Made by a program: the position numbers and the translations under genes. Under the pieces are notes generated by a model. The model worked only from the letters and a program-made list of their open reading frames with translations, did not search any database and was not told the DNA's origin. A stretch of DNA of 64,000 bases from Planctomycetota bacterium (GTDB taxonomy: Bacteria > Planctomycetota > UBA1135 > UBA2386): NCBI GenBank assembly GCA_965223545.1, contig OZ245006.1, forward strand, positions 4,480,001 through 4,544,000. Reading direction: 5' to 3'. Shown here piece after piece: positions 20,612 to 30,192 of the stretch (positions are counted from its first letter, which is position 1; the number at the start of each line of letters is the position of its first letter).

Positions 20612-21922
20612 ATGCCGACTCCCGTGCGCAGCGTGTCGTTCCGTCCCTCCGCGGTCTTCGCCGCGGGTTGTCTCTCCGCCCTCTTCGCCAACCCCGCGGT
20701 GGGCCAGATCCCCGACGGCCACTTGGCGGTCGCGGCGCGCCCCGCCCAGATGCCGGGGGGAATCTGGATCTTCGATCCCCGCGAGCCGGGGCCGGGCTTG
20801 GCGATCTCCGGGCTGGAGCCGGACCTGACCACCGCGGGGGGCGGAGGTGGCGGCGCCAACGCGCTGTTGGTGCGCGACGACGACGGCGCACTCGTGGTCG
20901 GCGAGTGGGGCCGCAACGGCGCGTCGTTGGACGTGCACGTGATCACACTGTCGGGGAGCCGCGTCGTCGTCGACCGGCGCATCTCGCTGGGCGTCGGTGC
21001 GCCGCTCGGGGCCGCCCCGGCAGTGGCCGACATGGACTGGCTGCCCAACGGCGACGTCGTCGTCGCCACGCGCAACCTGCCACCGTCGGCGCTCGGCGGC
21101 ACGCCGCTGGCGATCGTGTCGCTGACCACCGGCGTCGTGACGCCGATTCCGTTGAATCCGCCGCCGTCGTTGTTGGTCGGCTCGGTCGTCTACGACGCGG
21201 CATCGGCGAGTGTGCTGTACGGCACGGTGATCGGCAGCGGCCCCGCGATCTACCGCGTGGCTTTGACCGGTGGGACGCCGCAGCAGGTGTATCCGCTGGT
21301 GGCCGAGGACATGGTGCTGCATCCGGATGGGAGCCTCTATGTCGCCGCCGGCAGCATCGTGCGCGTCGAGCAGCCGTCGGGGGCGTGGCGCGTCGTGGTG
21401 CCCAATCTGCAGACGTTCCACCTGACGGTGGAGCGCGCGACCGGCGCGCTGCAGTTCACCAGCGCATCCGGTGTGCACTGGGCGCCGTCGAGCGGTGGGG
21501 TGCGCAATCTGGCATCGCTGTCCGGGGTCACGCCCACCGACATCGCGTTGCGCTCCGATCCCCGGGTGTACGGCGTTCCCTCGCCGGCGGCCAAGACCGT
21601 GCGCTGGCAGCCAGCGCTCAACGGTGTGCCGCGCCTGGGGACCACGATGCACCTCGAGGTCGCCGTCTCGCCGGCGGGCGGCGCGGCGGGGGTCGTCCTC
21701 GCCGCGCTGGCGCCGGCGGCGATTCCGGTGTTGGGCGGCACCCTGCTGCTCGATCCGGCCACCGTCGTTCCGCTGACCACCATGCCCGCGGCCGGCAGAG
21801 TCGCGCTGCCGATCCCCCAAGCCCCGGCTCTGGTTGCGCGCTCTGTGTACCTCCAGTCGATCCACCCCGACCCGGCCGGGGTCGCCGCATCCGACGGACT
21901 CGCGCTGACGTTCCTGCGGTAG
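20612..21922 (+). CDS. Secreted beta-rich protein with shared C-terminal domain
   Basis: GGAGG RBS before ATG 20612; signal peptide ...ALFANPAVGQ; C-terminus NGVPRLG...LPIPQAPALV...YLQ...SDGLALTF. Confidence 0.8.
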   Translation: MPTPVRSVSFRPSAVFAAGCLSALFANPAVGQIPDGHLAVAARPAQMPGGIWIFDPREPGPGLAISGLEPDLTTAGGGGGGANALLVRDDDGALVVGEWGRNGASLDVHVITLSGSRVVVDRRISLGVGAPLGAAPAVADMDWLPNGDVVVATRNLPPSALGGTPLAIVSLTTGVVTPIPLNPPPSLLVGSVVYDAASASVLYGTVIGSGPAIYRVALTGGTPQQVYPLVAEDMVLHPDGSLYVAAGSIVRVEQPSGAWRVVVPNLQTFHLTVERATGALQFTSASGVHWAPSSGGVRNLASLSGVTPTDIALRSDPRVYGVPSPAAKTVRWQPALNGVPRLGTTMHLEVAVSPAGGAAGVVLAALAPAAIPVLGGTLLLDPATVVPLTTMPAAGRVALPIPQAPALVARSVYLQSIHPDPAGVAASDGLALTFLR

Positions 21923-21934
21923 CCGCGGTCGCGG

Positions 21935-24900
21935 TCACACCTCGGAGGGTTGGTGCTCGATCGCGATCTGCTTGATCGCGCGCAGGTCGAGCTTGCCGGT
22001 GCCGAGGATCGGCAGCGCCTCGACCTGCACGAAGTCGTCGGCCTTGGGCACGAACAAGTTGGGCAGACCGGCGGCGCCGAGGTCTTGCAGCACGGTCGGG
22101 ATCTCCCGCGCCGCCAATGTGTGCAGCACGACGAGTTTCTCGCCCTTGCGCGCGTCGGGCACGCCGGTCACCGCGAAGGTCGGCTCGGTGCGTCCGGCGG
22201 CCTCGTGCAGGGCGGTCTCGACCGTGCCGTGCGGCACCATCTCGCCGCCGATCTTCGAGAACCGCGACAGCCGATCGCCGATGTGCACGTAGCCGTCGTC
22301 GTCGACGTGGGCGAGGTCGCCGGTCACGTACCAGCCCTCGCGCAGCACTTGTGCAGTGAGGTCGGGCCGGCCGAGGTAGCCGCGCATGACGTTGGGGCCG
22401 CGCACCAACAGGAGGCCGGTCTCGCCCGGAGGCAGCGCTGCGTGGCTGTCCGGATCGACGACGCGCACGGTGATGCCGGGCAGGGGTTGGCCCACGGACC
22501 CCGGCCGCTGGCCCGCTTGAAAGACGCCGGGGGCGCGGTAGTCCGGTGCGCCGACCGCGATCACCGGCGAGCACTCGGTCGCGCCGTAGCCCTCGAGCGG
22601 GCGGATGCCGAAGCGCTGCTCGAACGCGGTGGCCAAGCGGTCCGGCAGCTTTTCGGCGCCGGTGATCAGCAGCCGGATCGAGCCGAGCTGTCCGGGCTGG
22701 CAGCGGCGCAGATACAGCTGCAAGAACGTCGGCGTCGCCAGCATCGTCGTCACGCGGTAGCGCTCGATCAGCGCCCCGATCGCGGTCGCGTCGAGCGGGT
22801 TGGCGTGGAACACCAGCGCCATGCCGCGCCGCAGCGCGAACCACAAGCTCATCTTGCCGAAGGAGTGGAACAGCGGCAGGATGCCGAGCAGTCGGTCACC
22901 GCTGGAGACGGGCAGCGACTCGGCCGTGCCATCACCGTTGGCCACCAAGTTGAAGTGCGTCAGCTCGACGCCCTTGGGCTCGCCGGTGCTGCCGCTCGAG
23001 AACAGGACTGCGGCGACGTCGTCGACTTCGACCTTTCGCTCCGCGCCACAGGCGCGTTCGAGCCAGCGCACCGGGGCGAACATCGCCAGCAGCGCCGCGA
23101 AGAGCTTGTTGCCCTTGCCGATCGAGGCGGCGAGATCCTCCGCCATCAGCAGTCGGGCACCGCCTTGGAGCTCGATCTTGGCGAGCTCCAAGAAGCGCGC
23201 ACTGGTGACGATCGTGTCGAGCTCGGCTTGGCGGATGGCGGAGGCGATCGCGGCCGGGCCGGCGGTGTAGTTGAGGTTGACGGCCGTGCGGCCGGCGAGG
23301 GCGGCGGCGATGTTGGTGGCAGCGCCGGCCACGCTCGGTGGTAGCAAGATGCCGACCCGTTCGCTGTTGCCCCAGTCCGACCGCAGCCGTCGGGCGAGGG
23401 CGACCGCTGCCGTGAGCAGGCCGAAGCGCGACACGGAGGGGCGGGTGGCGTCGGCCGCGGCGAGCTTCCACGGCGCCCGGCGCGCACCGCGGACGAACGC
23501 GACGTGCAGCGGTGCGGCGTTGGCCGCGCGCTCCGCCCACGCGTCGGCGGACAAGTCGCGCACCGCCTCGCGCACCGCGCGGCGGTCGCTGTCCGCGCGC
23601 ATCGGCGCGCCGAAGCACACGGTCACCGGCCGCGGCAGGCGCGGAATGCCCCCGCCGCCGCGCTTGGCGGCGAAGCTGAAGACGCTGCCCCACACGCGGT
23701 CGAGGTACAGCGGCACGATCGGCACGTCGCGGCCCTTGACCAGCCGCTCCAGCCCGCGCTGGAACGGCAGCATGCGGCCGGTGCGACTGATCTCGCCCTC
23801 GGCAAAGATGCACACCAGCTCACCGTCGTCGAGGTGCTTGCCGGCGTCCCGCATGGACTGCAGCAAGGCCCGCGGGCTGTCGCCCGCCGCGATCGGCACC
23901 GCGCGCAGCAGCCGCATGAACGGGTGCAGCCAACGGTGGTAGTAGTAGTCCGAGTAGACCAAGAAGCGGATCGGCCGGTGCGTGCTCGCCATGAGCAGCA
24001 GACCGTCGACGAAGGACATGTGGTTGGCGACCAGGAGTCCGCCGCCTTCGGCGGGCACGTTCTCCGCGCCGCGGACCCGCACGCGGTAGAGGGTCGCGCT
24101 CAGCAGAGTGAGCGCGGTGCGCAGACAGGCCTCCGGCAACAGCCATAGCGCCCACGCCGTCGCGGCGGCGACCACCACGGCGGCGGCGGTGAAGATCCCG
24201 GCCGGAGTGAGGCCGAGCATGGTGAACAGCTGCGCTCCCAGCGAGCCGGCGAGGATGCCACCGAAGATCGCACCGTTGGCGACCGCGATCACCGCGCCGC
24301 GCACGCCGGCGGGGGAGAAGAGCTGCAGGGCGGTGTTGAGTGGCACGACGATCAGGCCGCTGCACACGCCGAGCGCGCCCAGCCACGCCGCGGTACCCCA
24401 CGCGCCGGGAGCATACAGACCGAGCACCGCCGAGGCGGCGGCGAGGCCGATGCTGCCCAGCGGGATCCAGCCGAGGTCGAGGCCGCTGCGCGACAGCCGC
24501 CCGACGAGGGCGCTGCCGATGCCGATGCCGACGCCGGAGGCCACCAACAGCTGGCCGGCATGCGACTCGGAGAGGCCGAGGGTCGCGCGGCCGTAGACCA
24601 GGGCGTTTTGGCTGACCAAGCTGGCGATGCCCCAGAAGAGCACCGATCCCGCCACCGTCAGCCGCAGCGTGCGGTCGCGCCAGATCGTGGCAAAGCCATC
24701 GCGACACGCGGTGACCAAGGAGGCGTCGGGGCGCGCTGGCGCGACCCGCGGCACGAACTGGATGGCGACCAGGCCGACCAGCGCCAGCCCGGTCAGCACC
24801 GCGCCGGCGACCCAGGGCTGCGCGCCCGACTGCTCGAGCAGCATGCCACCCGCGGCGGTGCCGAGGATGATCGCCAAGAACGTCCACAGCTCGAGGACGC

Positions 24901-25354
24901 CGTTGCCGGCGGTCAGCCGTTTTGCCGGCAGGATCTCCGGCAGGATGCTGTACTTGGCGGGGCTGAACAGCGCGCTCTGCGCACCCATCGCCGCCAGCAC
25001 GATCAGCCCGAGCACCCCGCCCTCCGGCTGCAGCCAGAGGGCCGCGGTGCCGGCCGCCATCAGCAGCACCTCGGCGCCCTTGGTCGCGACCAGCACGCTG
25101 CGCTTGCTGAACCGGTCGGCGATCCAAGCCGCGGGCAGCGAGAACAGCATCAGCGGCAGGGTGAACACGACGAACGCCAACGTGGTCTGCGCCTGGGAGG
25201 CAATTTCGAGCTGGAGCGTTCCCTCGCCCAGCTGGCCGGCCAGCGTGCGGATCGCCAGCAACGCCATCAGCAGCTTGATGGCGTTGTCGTTGAACGCGCC
25301 GAAGAACTGAGCGATCAGCAGCCCCGCCAGATTGGCCTTGCCTGGATTGTTCAT
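21935..25354 (-). CDS. aas: MFS lysophospholipid transporter / acyltransferase / acyl-ACP synthetase fusion
   Basis: AQFFGAFNDN (LplT-like MFS); NHMSFVD and FAEGEISRTG (PlsC); FSSGSTGEPKG, EGYGATE and WYVTGD (AMP-binding). Confidence 0.92.
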   Translation of the reverse strand: MNNPGKANLAGLLIAQFFGAFNDNAIKLLMALLAIRTLAGQLGEGTLQLEIASQAQTTLAFVVFTLPLMLFSLPAAWIADRFSKRSVLVATKGAEVLLMAAGTAALWLQPEGGVLGLIVLAAMGAQSALFSPAKYSILPEILPAKRLTAGNGVLELWTFLAIILGTAAGGMLLEQSGAQPWVAGAVLTGLALVGLVAIQFVPRVAPARPDASLVTACRDGFATIWRDRTLRLTVAGSVLFWGIASLVSQNALVYGRATLGLSESHAGQLLVASGVGIGIGSALVGRLSRSGLDLGWIPLGSIGLAAASAVLGLYAPGAWGTAAWLGALGVCSGLIVVPLNTALQLFSPAGVRGAVIAVANGAIFGGILAGSLGAQLFTMLGLTPAGIFTAAAVVVAAATAWALWLLPEACLRTALTLLSATLYRVRVRGAENVPAEGGGLLVANHMSFVDGLLLMASTHRPIRFLVYSDYYYHRWLHPFMRLLRAVPIAAGDSPRALLQSMRDAGKHLDDGELVCIFAEGEISRTGRMLPFQRGLERLVKGRDVPIVPLYLDRVWGSVFSFAAKRGGGGIPRLPRPVTVCFGAPMRADSDRRAVREAVRDLSADAWAERAANAAPLHVAFVRGARRAPWKLAAADATRPSVSRFGLLTAAVALARRLRSDWGNSERVGILLPPSVAGAATNIAAALAGRTAVNLNYTAGPAAIASAIRQAELDTIVTSARFLELAKIELQGGARLLMAEDLAASIGKGNKLFAALLAMFAPVRWLERACGAERKVEVDDVAAVLFSSGSTGEPKGVELTHFNLVANGDGTAESLPVSSGDRLLGILPLFHSFGKMSLWFALRRGMALVFHANPLDATAIGALIERYRVTTMLATPTFLQLYLRRCQPGQLGSIRLLITGAEKLPDRLATAFEQRFGIRPLEGYGATECSPVIAVGAPDYRAPGVFQAGQRPGSVGQPLPGITVRVVDPDSHAALPPGETGLLLVRGPNVMRGYLGRPDLTAQVLREGWYVTGDLAHVDDDGYVHIGDRLSRFSKIGGEMVPHGTVETALHEAAGRTEPTFAVTGVPDARKGEKLVVLHTLAAREIPTVLQDLGAAGLPNLFVPKADDFVQVEALPILGTGKLDLRAIKQIAIEHQPSEV

Positions 25355-25566
25355 CGTGGATCGATCGGAGTGGCTCCCCCGGAGTGGCTTCCCCGGGATG
25401 TCAGCAGTATCGACGCCGGAAGAGCACCGCCCCGACTCATTCCGCCGTGCCATTCGCTAAGCACGGCTAATCGAAGAGCCATCCGTCGACTATACTGCGG
25501 CACGAGTGCCTACAGGCTGGCAAAGCGCCTTGCCACCCTGGTTTCCGGCTCCCTTTGCCCCGCCAC

Positions 25567-26445
25567 ATGATTCAGCTCCATCGTCTCGAAGGCTTCTTCT
25601 GGGTCGCGAAGACCGGCGGCTACGCGCGCGCGGCCCGCGCGTTTCCGTACCCGATCACGCAGCCGGCGGTGCACCAGCAGGTGCGCAAGCTCGAGGACGA
25701 GCTGGGTCTCGAGCTGTTCGAGCGCGTCGCCAAGGACCGCGTGCGGCCGACGCCGGCCGGCCGCGCGCTGATGCAGTTCGTGCAGCCGTTCTTCGAGGGG
25801 CTGCCCGCCGCGCTGCGTGCCGTGCGCGCCGGCGCCGGCGCCGGCGAGCTCGTGGTCTACTGCGAGCCGCTGCTGTTGCGGTTGTTGCTGCCGCGCTGGA
25901 TCAAGCGGATGCAGCGGCGCGCGCCCGACACCTGCATCGACCTGCACGAGCTGCGGGAGATCGACGTTTCGCTGTTGCGCCGCGGCGACGCCGATCTCTT
26001 GGTGTGCTATTTGCCCGAGGTTCCCGACGACATCGCCACGCAGGTGGTGGCCACGCTGCGGCCGTTCTTGGTGGTCTCGGCGGATCACCCGCGCGCCGCC
26101 AACAAGCGGCTGCGGCCGAAGGACCTCGCCGGCGAGCCGTTCGTCGCCTACAACCGAGGCACGGTCGAGCACGACCTGCAGATGGGGGCGCTGGCGGAGT
26201 TCGGCGTGCGGCCCGAGCGGCTCCTGTTCGCCAGCAGCGCCGACGCGATTCTCGGCTTCGTCGCCAGCGGGCTCGGCTACTCGCTGGTGCCGCACCTCTC
26301 GGCGGAAGAGCTGCAGTCGTCCGGGGTGTCGGCGCGCCCGCTGTCCCGGCCCAAGATCGAGTTTCCGATCAGTGCCGCGTGGCGCCGCGACGCGCCGGAG
26401 AACGCGGCGCTCGACTTGGCGCTGGAGACCGCTCCCGGCCGGTAG
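25567..26445 (+). CDS. LysR-family transcriptional regulator
   Basis: N-terminal HTH GGYARAARAF...TQPAVHQQVRKLEDELGLELFER; C-terminal substrate-binding domain. Confidence 0.92.
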   Translation: MIQLHRLEGFFWVAKTGGYARAARAFPYPITQPAVHQQVRKLEDELGLELFERVAKDRVRPTPAGRALMQFVQPFFEGLPAALRAVRAGAGAGELVVYCEPLLLRLLLPRWIKRMQRRAPDTCIDLHELREIDVSLLRRGDADLLVCYLPEVPDDIATQVVATLRPFLVVSADHPRAANKRLRPKDLAGEPFVAYNRGTVEHDLQMGALAEFGVRPERLLFASSADAILGFVASGLGYSLVPHLSAEELQSSGVSARPLSRPKIEFPISAAWRRDAPENAALDLALETAPGR

Positions 26446-26535
26446 ACCCGATTCCGGGGTTTTTCGTGACGCCCTGACACGACCGCGGGTGGAACGCCTG
26501 AAACGGACGCAACCGTCCCCGACCAGGAGTGACCC

Positions 26536-27033
26536 GTGCCAGCCAGCCAACAACCGCATGCCATCGCCGACGGCCCGCCGTGGGCCGCCCCTGCCGAGTT
26601 CGTCGTGCGCAACAGCGGCGACGGACGCGAGCAAGGGGTCTTCGCCGCGCGGTCCTTCTCCCGTTCCAGTCTGGTGGCGAGGATCTCCGGCGTCGTCGTG
26701 CATGCCCGCGGGCTCCACACGCTGCAGATGGGCGAAGGGCTGCACATGTACGACATGGACTTCGCCGGTCTGCTGCTGCACTCGTGCGCACCGAACGTCC
26801 ACGTCGACATGCAGCGCCTCGAGGTCTGGGCCCTGCGGGACATCCGGCCGGGAGAGGCACTGTGCATGGACTACACGACGACCGAGGACGTGCTGCATCG
26901 GCAGTTCCCGTGTCTGTGCGGCGCGCCGGCCTGCCGCCGGTGGATCACCGGCTATAGGGAGCCGATCAATGGCGAGGGTCTGCGCTACCTGCAAGGTGGC
27001 AACCGGGACGGCGCGCTGCGCGATGTGGTGTGA
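26536..27033 (+). CDS. SET-domain methyltransferase, BurB-like (putative methionine S-methyltransferase)
   Basis: GVFA; LLHSCAPN; ALRDIRPGEALCMDY; post-SET CLCGAPACR; AGGAG RBS at 26525 before GTG. Confidence 0.85.
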   Translation: MPASQQPHAIADGPPWAAPAEFVVRNSGDGREQGVFAARSFSRSSLVARISGVVVHARGLHTLQMGEGLHMYDMDFAGLLLHSCAPNVHVDMQRLEVWALRDIRPGEALCMDYTTTEDVLHRQFPCLCGAPACRRWITGYREPINGEGLRYLQGGNRDGALRDVV

Positions 27034-27044
27034 CGGGGATCGCC

Positions 27045-28280
27045 ATGCTGAGCACTCGAACCGAACGCACCGTCGACCGCGCCTGGTGGGCGCGCAGCGA
27101 CCTCCATCACGACTCCGGCGAGCTCTCGTTCGCGGGTCGACGCGTCGCGGACTTGGCGCGATCGGTGGGCACGCCCGCGTTCTTCTACAGCACCCAACGC
27201 GTCGAAGAGAACCTGAGGCGGTTGCACCGCGCGCTGGGTTCGGTGCACCGCCGCTGCCGCGTCTTCTACGCGATCAAGGCCAACCGCTACGCGCCGCTCT
27301 TGACGTGGATGAAGTCGACGGGGCTGTGTGGCGTGGACGTTTGCTCGCCGGGTGAGCTCCGGCACGCTCTGGCGGTCGGGTTTCGGCAAGACGAGATCTC
27401 CTACACTGCTTCCGGAATCGGCAGGGACGAGGTCGGGCTCCTCGGCGCCAACCCCGACGTGCTGGTCAATTGCGACGGGCTGGGCGCGCTGCGCCATCTC
27501 GGCGAGGCCTCCCCGGGGCGCGCGGTCGGCATTCGCATCAACCCGGCGCGCGGCACCGGCTACGGCACCAACCAAAAGCTCCGCTACAGCGGTCGGGCGA
27601 CCACCAAGTTCGGCATCTACCGAGACCAGTTCGACCAGGCGCTGCGCTGTGCCGAGCAGAGTGGCCTGGTGGTGCGGCGCATCCACCTGCATCTGGGTTG
27701 CGGCTACTTGGACGATCAGCTCGACGAGTGGGAGGCCGGCCTCGAGGCATGCCGGTGGTTCGTCGACCGGGTCCCGGGGCTGGAGGCGATCAACCTCGGC
27801 GGCGGGCTGGGAGTGCCGCACCGCGCCGGCGATCGGCCCCTGGACCTCGACCGCTGGGCCGGCGTCGTGCAGCGGTTCGTCGGTGGCCGCGACGTCGAGA
27901 TCCACGTCGAGCCCGGGGACTACGTCGTGAAGGACGCCGGCTTGCTCGGTGTTTCCGTCACCGCCGTGGAGCGCAAGCAGGAGACGGTGTTCGTCACCGT
28001 CGACGCCGGCTTCAACGTCGCCATCGAGCCCGCGTTCTACGGCCTGCCGTGCGAGCCCGTTGCCTGCTCGGCCGGCCCTGTGGCCGACCGCGTCACGATC
28101 GTCGGTCCGATCAACGAGGCGCTCGACGTCTGGGCCGCGGACGTGCCGATGCCTGGCGTCGCCGAGGGCGACGTCATCGCGCTGCTCAACTCTGGCGGCT
28201 ACGCCGCCTCGATGAGCTCCAACCACTGCCTGCGCGCGCGTGCTTGCCAATACCTGCTGTTCGCCGAGGCTCCGAGATGA
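27045..28280 (+). CDS. PLP-dependent decarboxylase, fold type III (LysA-like; putative S-methylmethionine decarboxylase)
   Basis: YAIKAN (PLP Lys); TKFG; HLHLG; INLGGG; VEPG; GGYAASMSSN. Alternative GTG start at 27030 overlaps the SET stop. Confidence 0.88.
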   Translation: MLSTRTERTVDRAWWARSDLHHDSGELSFAGRRVADLARSVGTPAFFYSTQRVEENLRRLHRALGSVHRRCRVFYAIKANRYAPLLTWMKSTGLCGVDVCSPGELRHALAVGFRQDEISYTASGIGRDEVGLLGANPDVLVNCDGLGALRHLGEASPGRAVGIRINPARGTGYGTNQKLRYSGRATTKFGIYRDQFDQALRCAEQSGLVVRRIHLHLGCGYLDDQLDEWEAGLEACRWFVDRVPGLEAINLGGGLGVPHRAGDRPLDLDRWAGVVQRFVGGRDVEIHVEPGDYVVKDAGLLGVSVTAVERKQETVFVTVDAGFNVAIEPAFYGLPCEPVACSAGPVADRVTIVGPINEALDVWAADVPMPGVAEGDVIALLNSGGYAASMSSNHCLRARACQYLLFAEAPR

Positions 28281-29689
28281 CAGTGCTAGAACGCGACCCA
28301 CCGGGCGTGGCACGCCGGTGCGCGGACCACGAGATCGTCCGCCGCGACCTCTCCCACGTGCTCCACCCGTGGACCGACTTCTCCAGCCGGGACGACGCGC
28401 CGCTGGTCATCGTCAAGGGCGAGGGCTGTACGGTGGAGGACGCCAATGGCAACCGCTACCTCGACGCCATTGGCGGGATGTGGTGCGTCACCCTGGGCCA
28501 CGGGCGATCCGAGCTGGCCGACGCGATGGCGCAGCAGGCGAGGCAGCTCGCCTACTACACGCCGTTCGGAGCCATGGCCAACGCGCCGGCTGCCGAGCTC
28601 GCGGCCGAGCTGGCCGCCCTGGCTCCCGGCGACCTCAACCGCGTGCACTTCACCACCGGCGGTTCCACCGCGGTCGACTCGGCGATTCGGTTGGCGCACT
28701 ACTACTGGGCGAGCATCGGCCAACCCGCGCGGAAGCACATCATTTCGCGGTTGGACGCGTACCACGGCAGCACCTATCTGACGGCCTCGGTCAGCGGCAA
28801 GCAGTGCGACCGCACGCTCTTCCACTACGAGAGCGAGTTCGTGCACCACGTCAGCTCGCCGAATGCGTACTACCGGCGAGAGCATGCTTCGCCGGCAGAG
28901 CTGTGCGACGCGTTGGTCGCCGAGCTGGAGCAGAAGATCTTGGAGCTGGGTCCGGAGCGGGTGGCGTGCTTCATCGCCGAGCCCATCCTGGCGTCGGGCG
29001 GCGTGATCGTTCCACCGGTCGGCTACCAGCAACGCACGCAGGAGATCTGCCGCCGCTACGGCGTGCTCTACATCAGCGACGAGGTGGTGACCGGCTTCGG
29101 GCGGTTGGGGCACTTCTTCGCTTCCGAGCCCCGCTTCGGGGTCGTGCCGGACATGATCATCACCGCGAAGGGCCTGACGTCGGGCGCGATTCCGCTCGGC
29201 GCCTGCATCGTCTCCGACCGTATCCACGACACGATCGCGGCTGTCGACGATGGCATCTTCACCAACGGGTTCACCTACTCGGGCCACCCCGTGGCCTGCG
29301 CCGTGGCGCGCGCCAACATCGCGGTGATGCAGCGCGAGCGCATCTGCGAGCACGTGCGCGACGTCGGGCCTTACTTCATCCAGCGGCTCGAGGAGCTCCG
29401 GCGCTACGACATCGTCGGCGACGTGCGCGGCGATCATCTCATGGCGTGCATCGTCTGCGATGTCGACGGCCATCCGGACGCGGCCACCGCACGGGACATC
29501 GCGGTCGCCGGCCTGGTCGACGCCCATTGCCAGAAGCGAGGGCTCCTGGTGAGGCCCTACGAGAACTTGTGCATCCTGTCGCCCCCGCTCACCATCGATC
29601 GCGCGACCATCGATGCGATGGTGGATCTCCTGCACGCGTCGATCGCCGCGGCCGAGCGCGACCTCGGTGGCACGGCCCGGCCGAAATGA
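28277..29689 (+). CDS. Class III (omega) aminotransferase
   Basis: YLDAIGGMWCVTLGHGR; AYHGST; SDEVVTGFGRLG; TAKGLTSG; GFTYSGHP. ATGA overlap with the upstream gene. Confidence 0.93.
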   Translation: MTVLERDPPGVARRCADHEIVRRDLSHVLHPWTDFSSRDDAPLVIVKGEGCTVEDANGNRYLDAIGGMWCVTLGHGRSELADAMAQQARQLAYYTPFGAMANAPAAELAAELAALAPGDLNRVHFTTGGSTAVDSAIRLAHYYWASIGQPARKHIISRLDAYHGSTYLTASVSGKQCDRTLFHYESEFVHHVSSPNAYYRREHASPAELCDALVAELEQKILELGPERVACFIAEPILASGGVIVPPVGYQQRTQEICRRYGVLYISDEVVTGFGRLGHFFASEPRFGVVPDMIITAKGLTSGAIPLGACIVSDRIHDTIAAVDDGIFTNGFTYSGHPVACAVARANIAVMQRERICEHVRDVGPYFIQRLEELRRYDIVGDVRGDHLMACIVCDVDGHPDAATARDIAVAGLVDAHCQKRGLLVRPYENLCILSPPLTIDRATIDAMVDLLHASIAAAERDLGGTARPK

Positions 29690-29696
29690 CTCCGCC

Positions 29697-30089
29697 ATGA
29701 ACAGCAACGAACGCGTCGTCCGAGACTTCATCGCCGCGTGGTCGCGCTTGGACCACGACGAGCTCGCCGCCTACTTCACCGAAGATGGCGTCTACCACAA
29801 CATGCCGCTGGCCCCCGCGATCGGCCGCGACGCGGTCCGCGACCTGATCGAGAGCTTCACGTCGGGCTGGACCGGCACGACGTGGGAGGTGGTCAACGTC
29901 GCGGTTGCGGGCGACCTGGTCATCGCCGAACGGATCGACCACACCCGCGCGGTCGGCAGGTCGGTGGACTTGCCCTGCGTCGGCGTCTTCGAGTTGCAGG
30001 CGGGCAAGATCCGCTGCTGGCGCGACTACTTCGATCTCGACTCGTACCTGCGTGCGATGGAGCCGGCGAGCGACGCCCGCGTGCAGTGA
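29697..30089 (+). CDS. Limonene-1,2-epoxide hydrolase-like / SnoaL (NTF2-fold) protein
   Basis: YFTEDGVYHNMP; VIAERID; LPCVGVFEL..GKI..WRDYFD. Confidence 0.88.
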   Translation: MNSNERVVRDFIAAWSRLDHDELAAYFTEDGVYHNMPLAPAIGRDAVRDLIESFTSGWTGTTWEVVNVAVAGDLVIAERIDHTRAVGRSVDLPCVGVFELQAGKIRCWRDYFDLDSYLRAMEPASDARVQ

Positions 30090-30192
30090 GGCGCAGTGAG
30101 GGGAGCACTTTTTTGGCTTCCCGCGTGACGCCGGCCACGGTGCTGCGGGTGTGGGGGCACCACTTCTTTTTTCAAACCGAACGAGCCGAACG

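Noticed and set aside
26446..26464. Intrinsic terminator after lysR
   Set aside because: Only a 4-5 bp stem before a short T run, too weak to call.
26536..27033. SET protein as a secreted histone-methylating effector
   Set aside because: No export signal, and it is coupled to small-molecule PLP enzymes, favouring a metabolite substrate.
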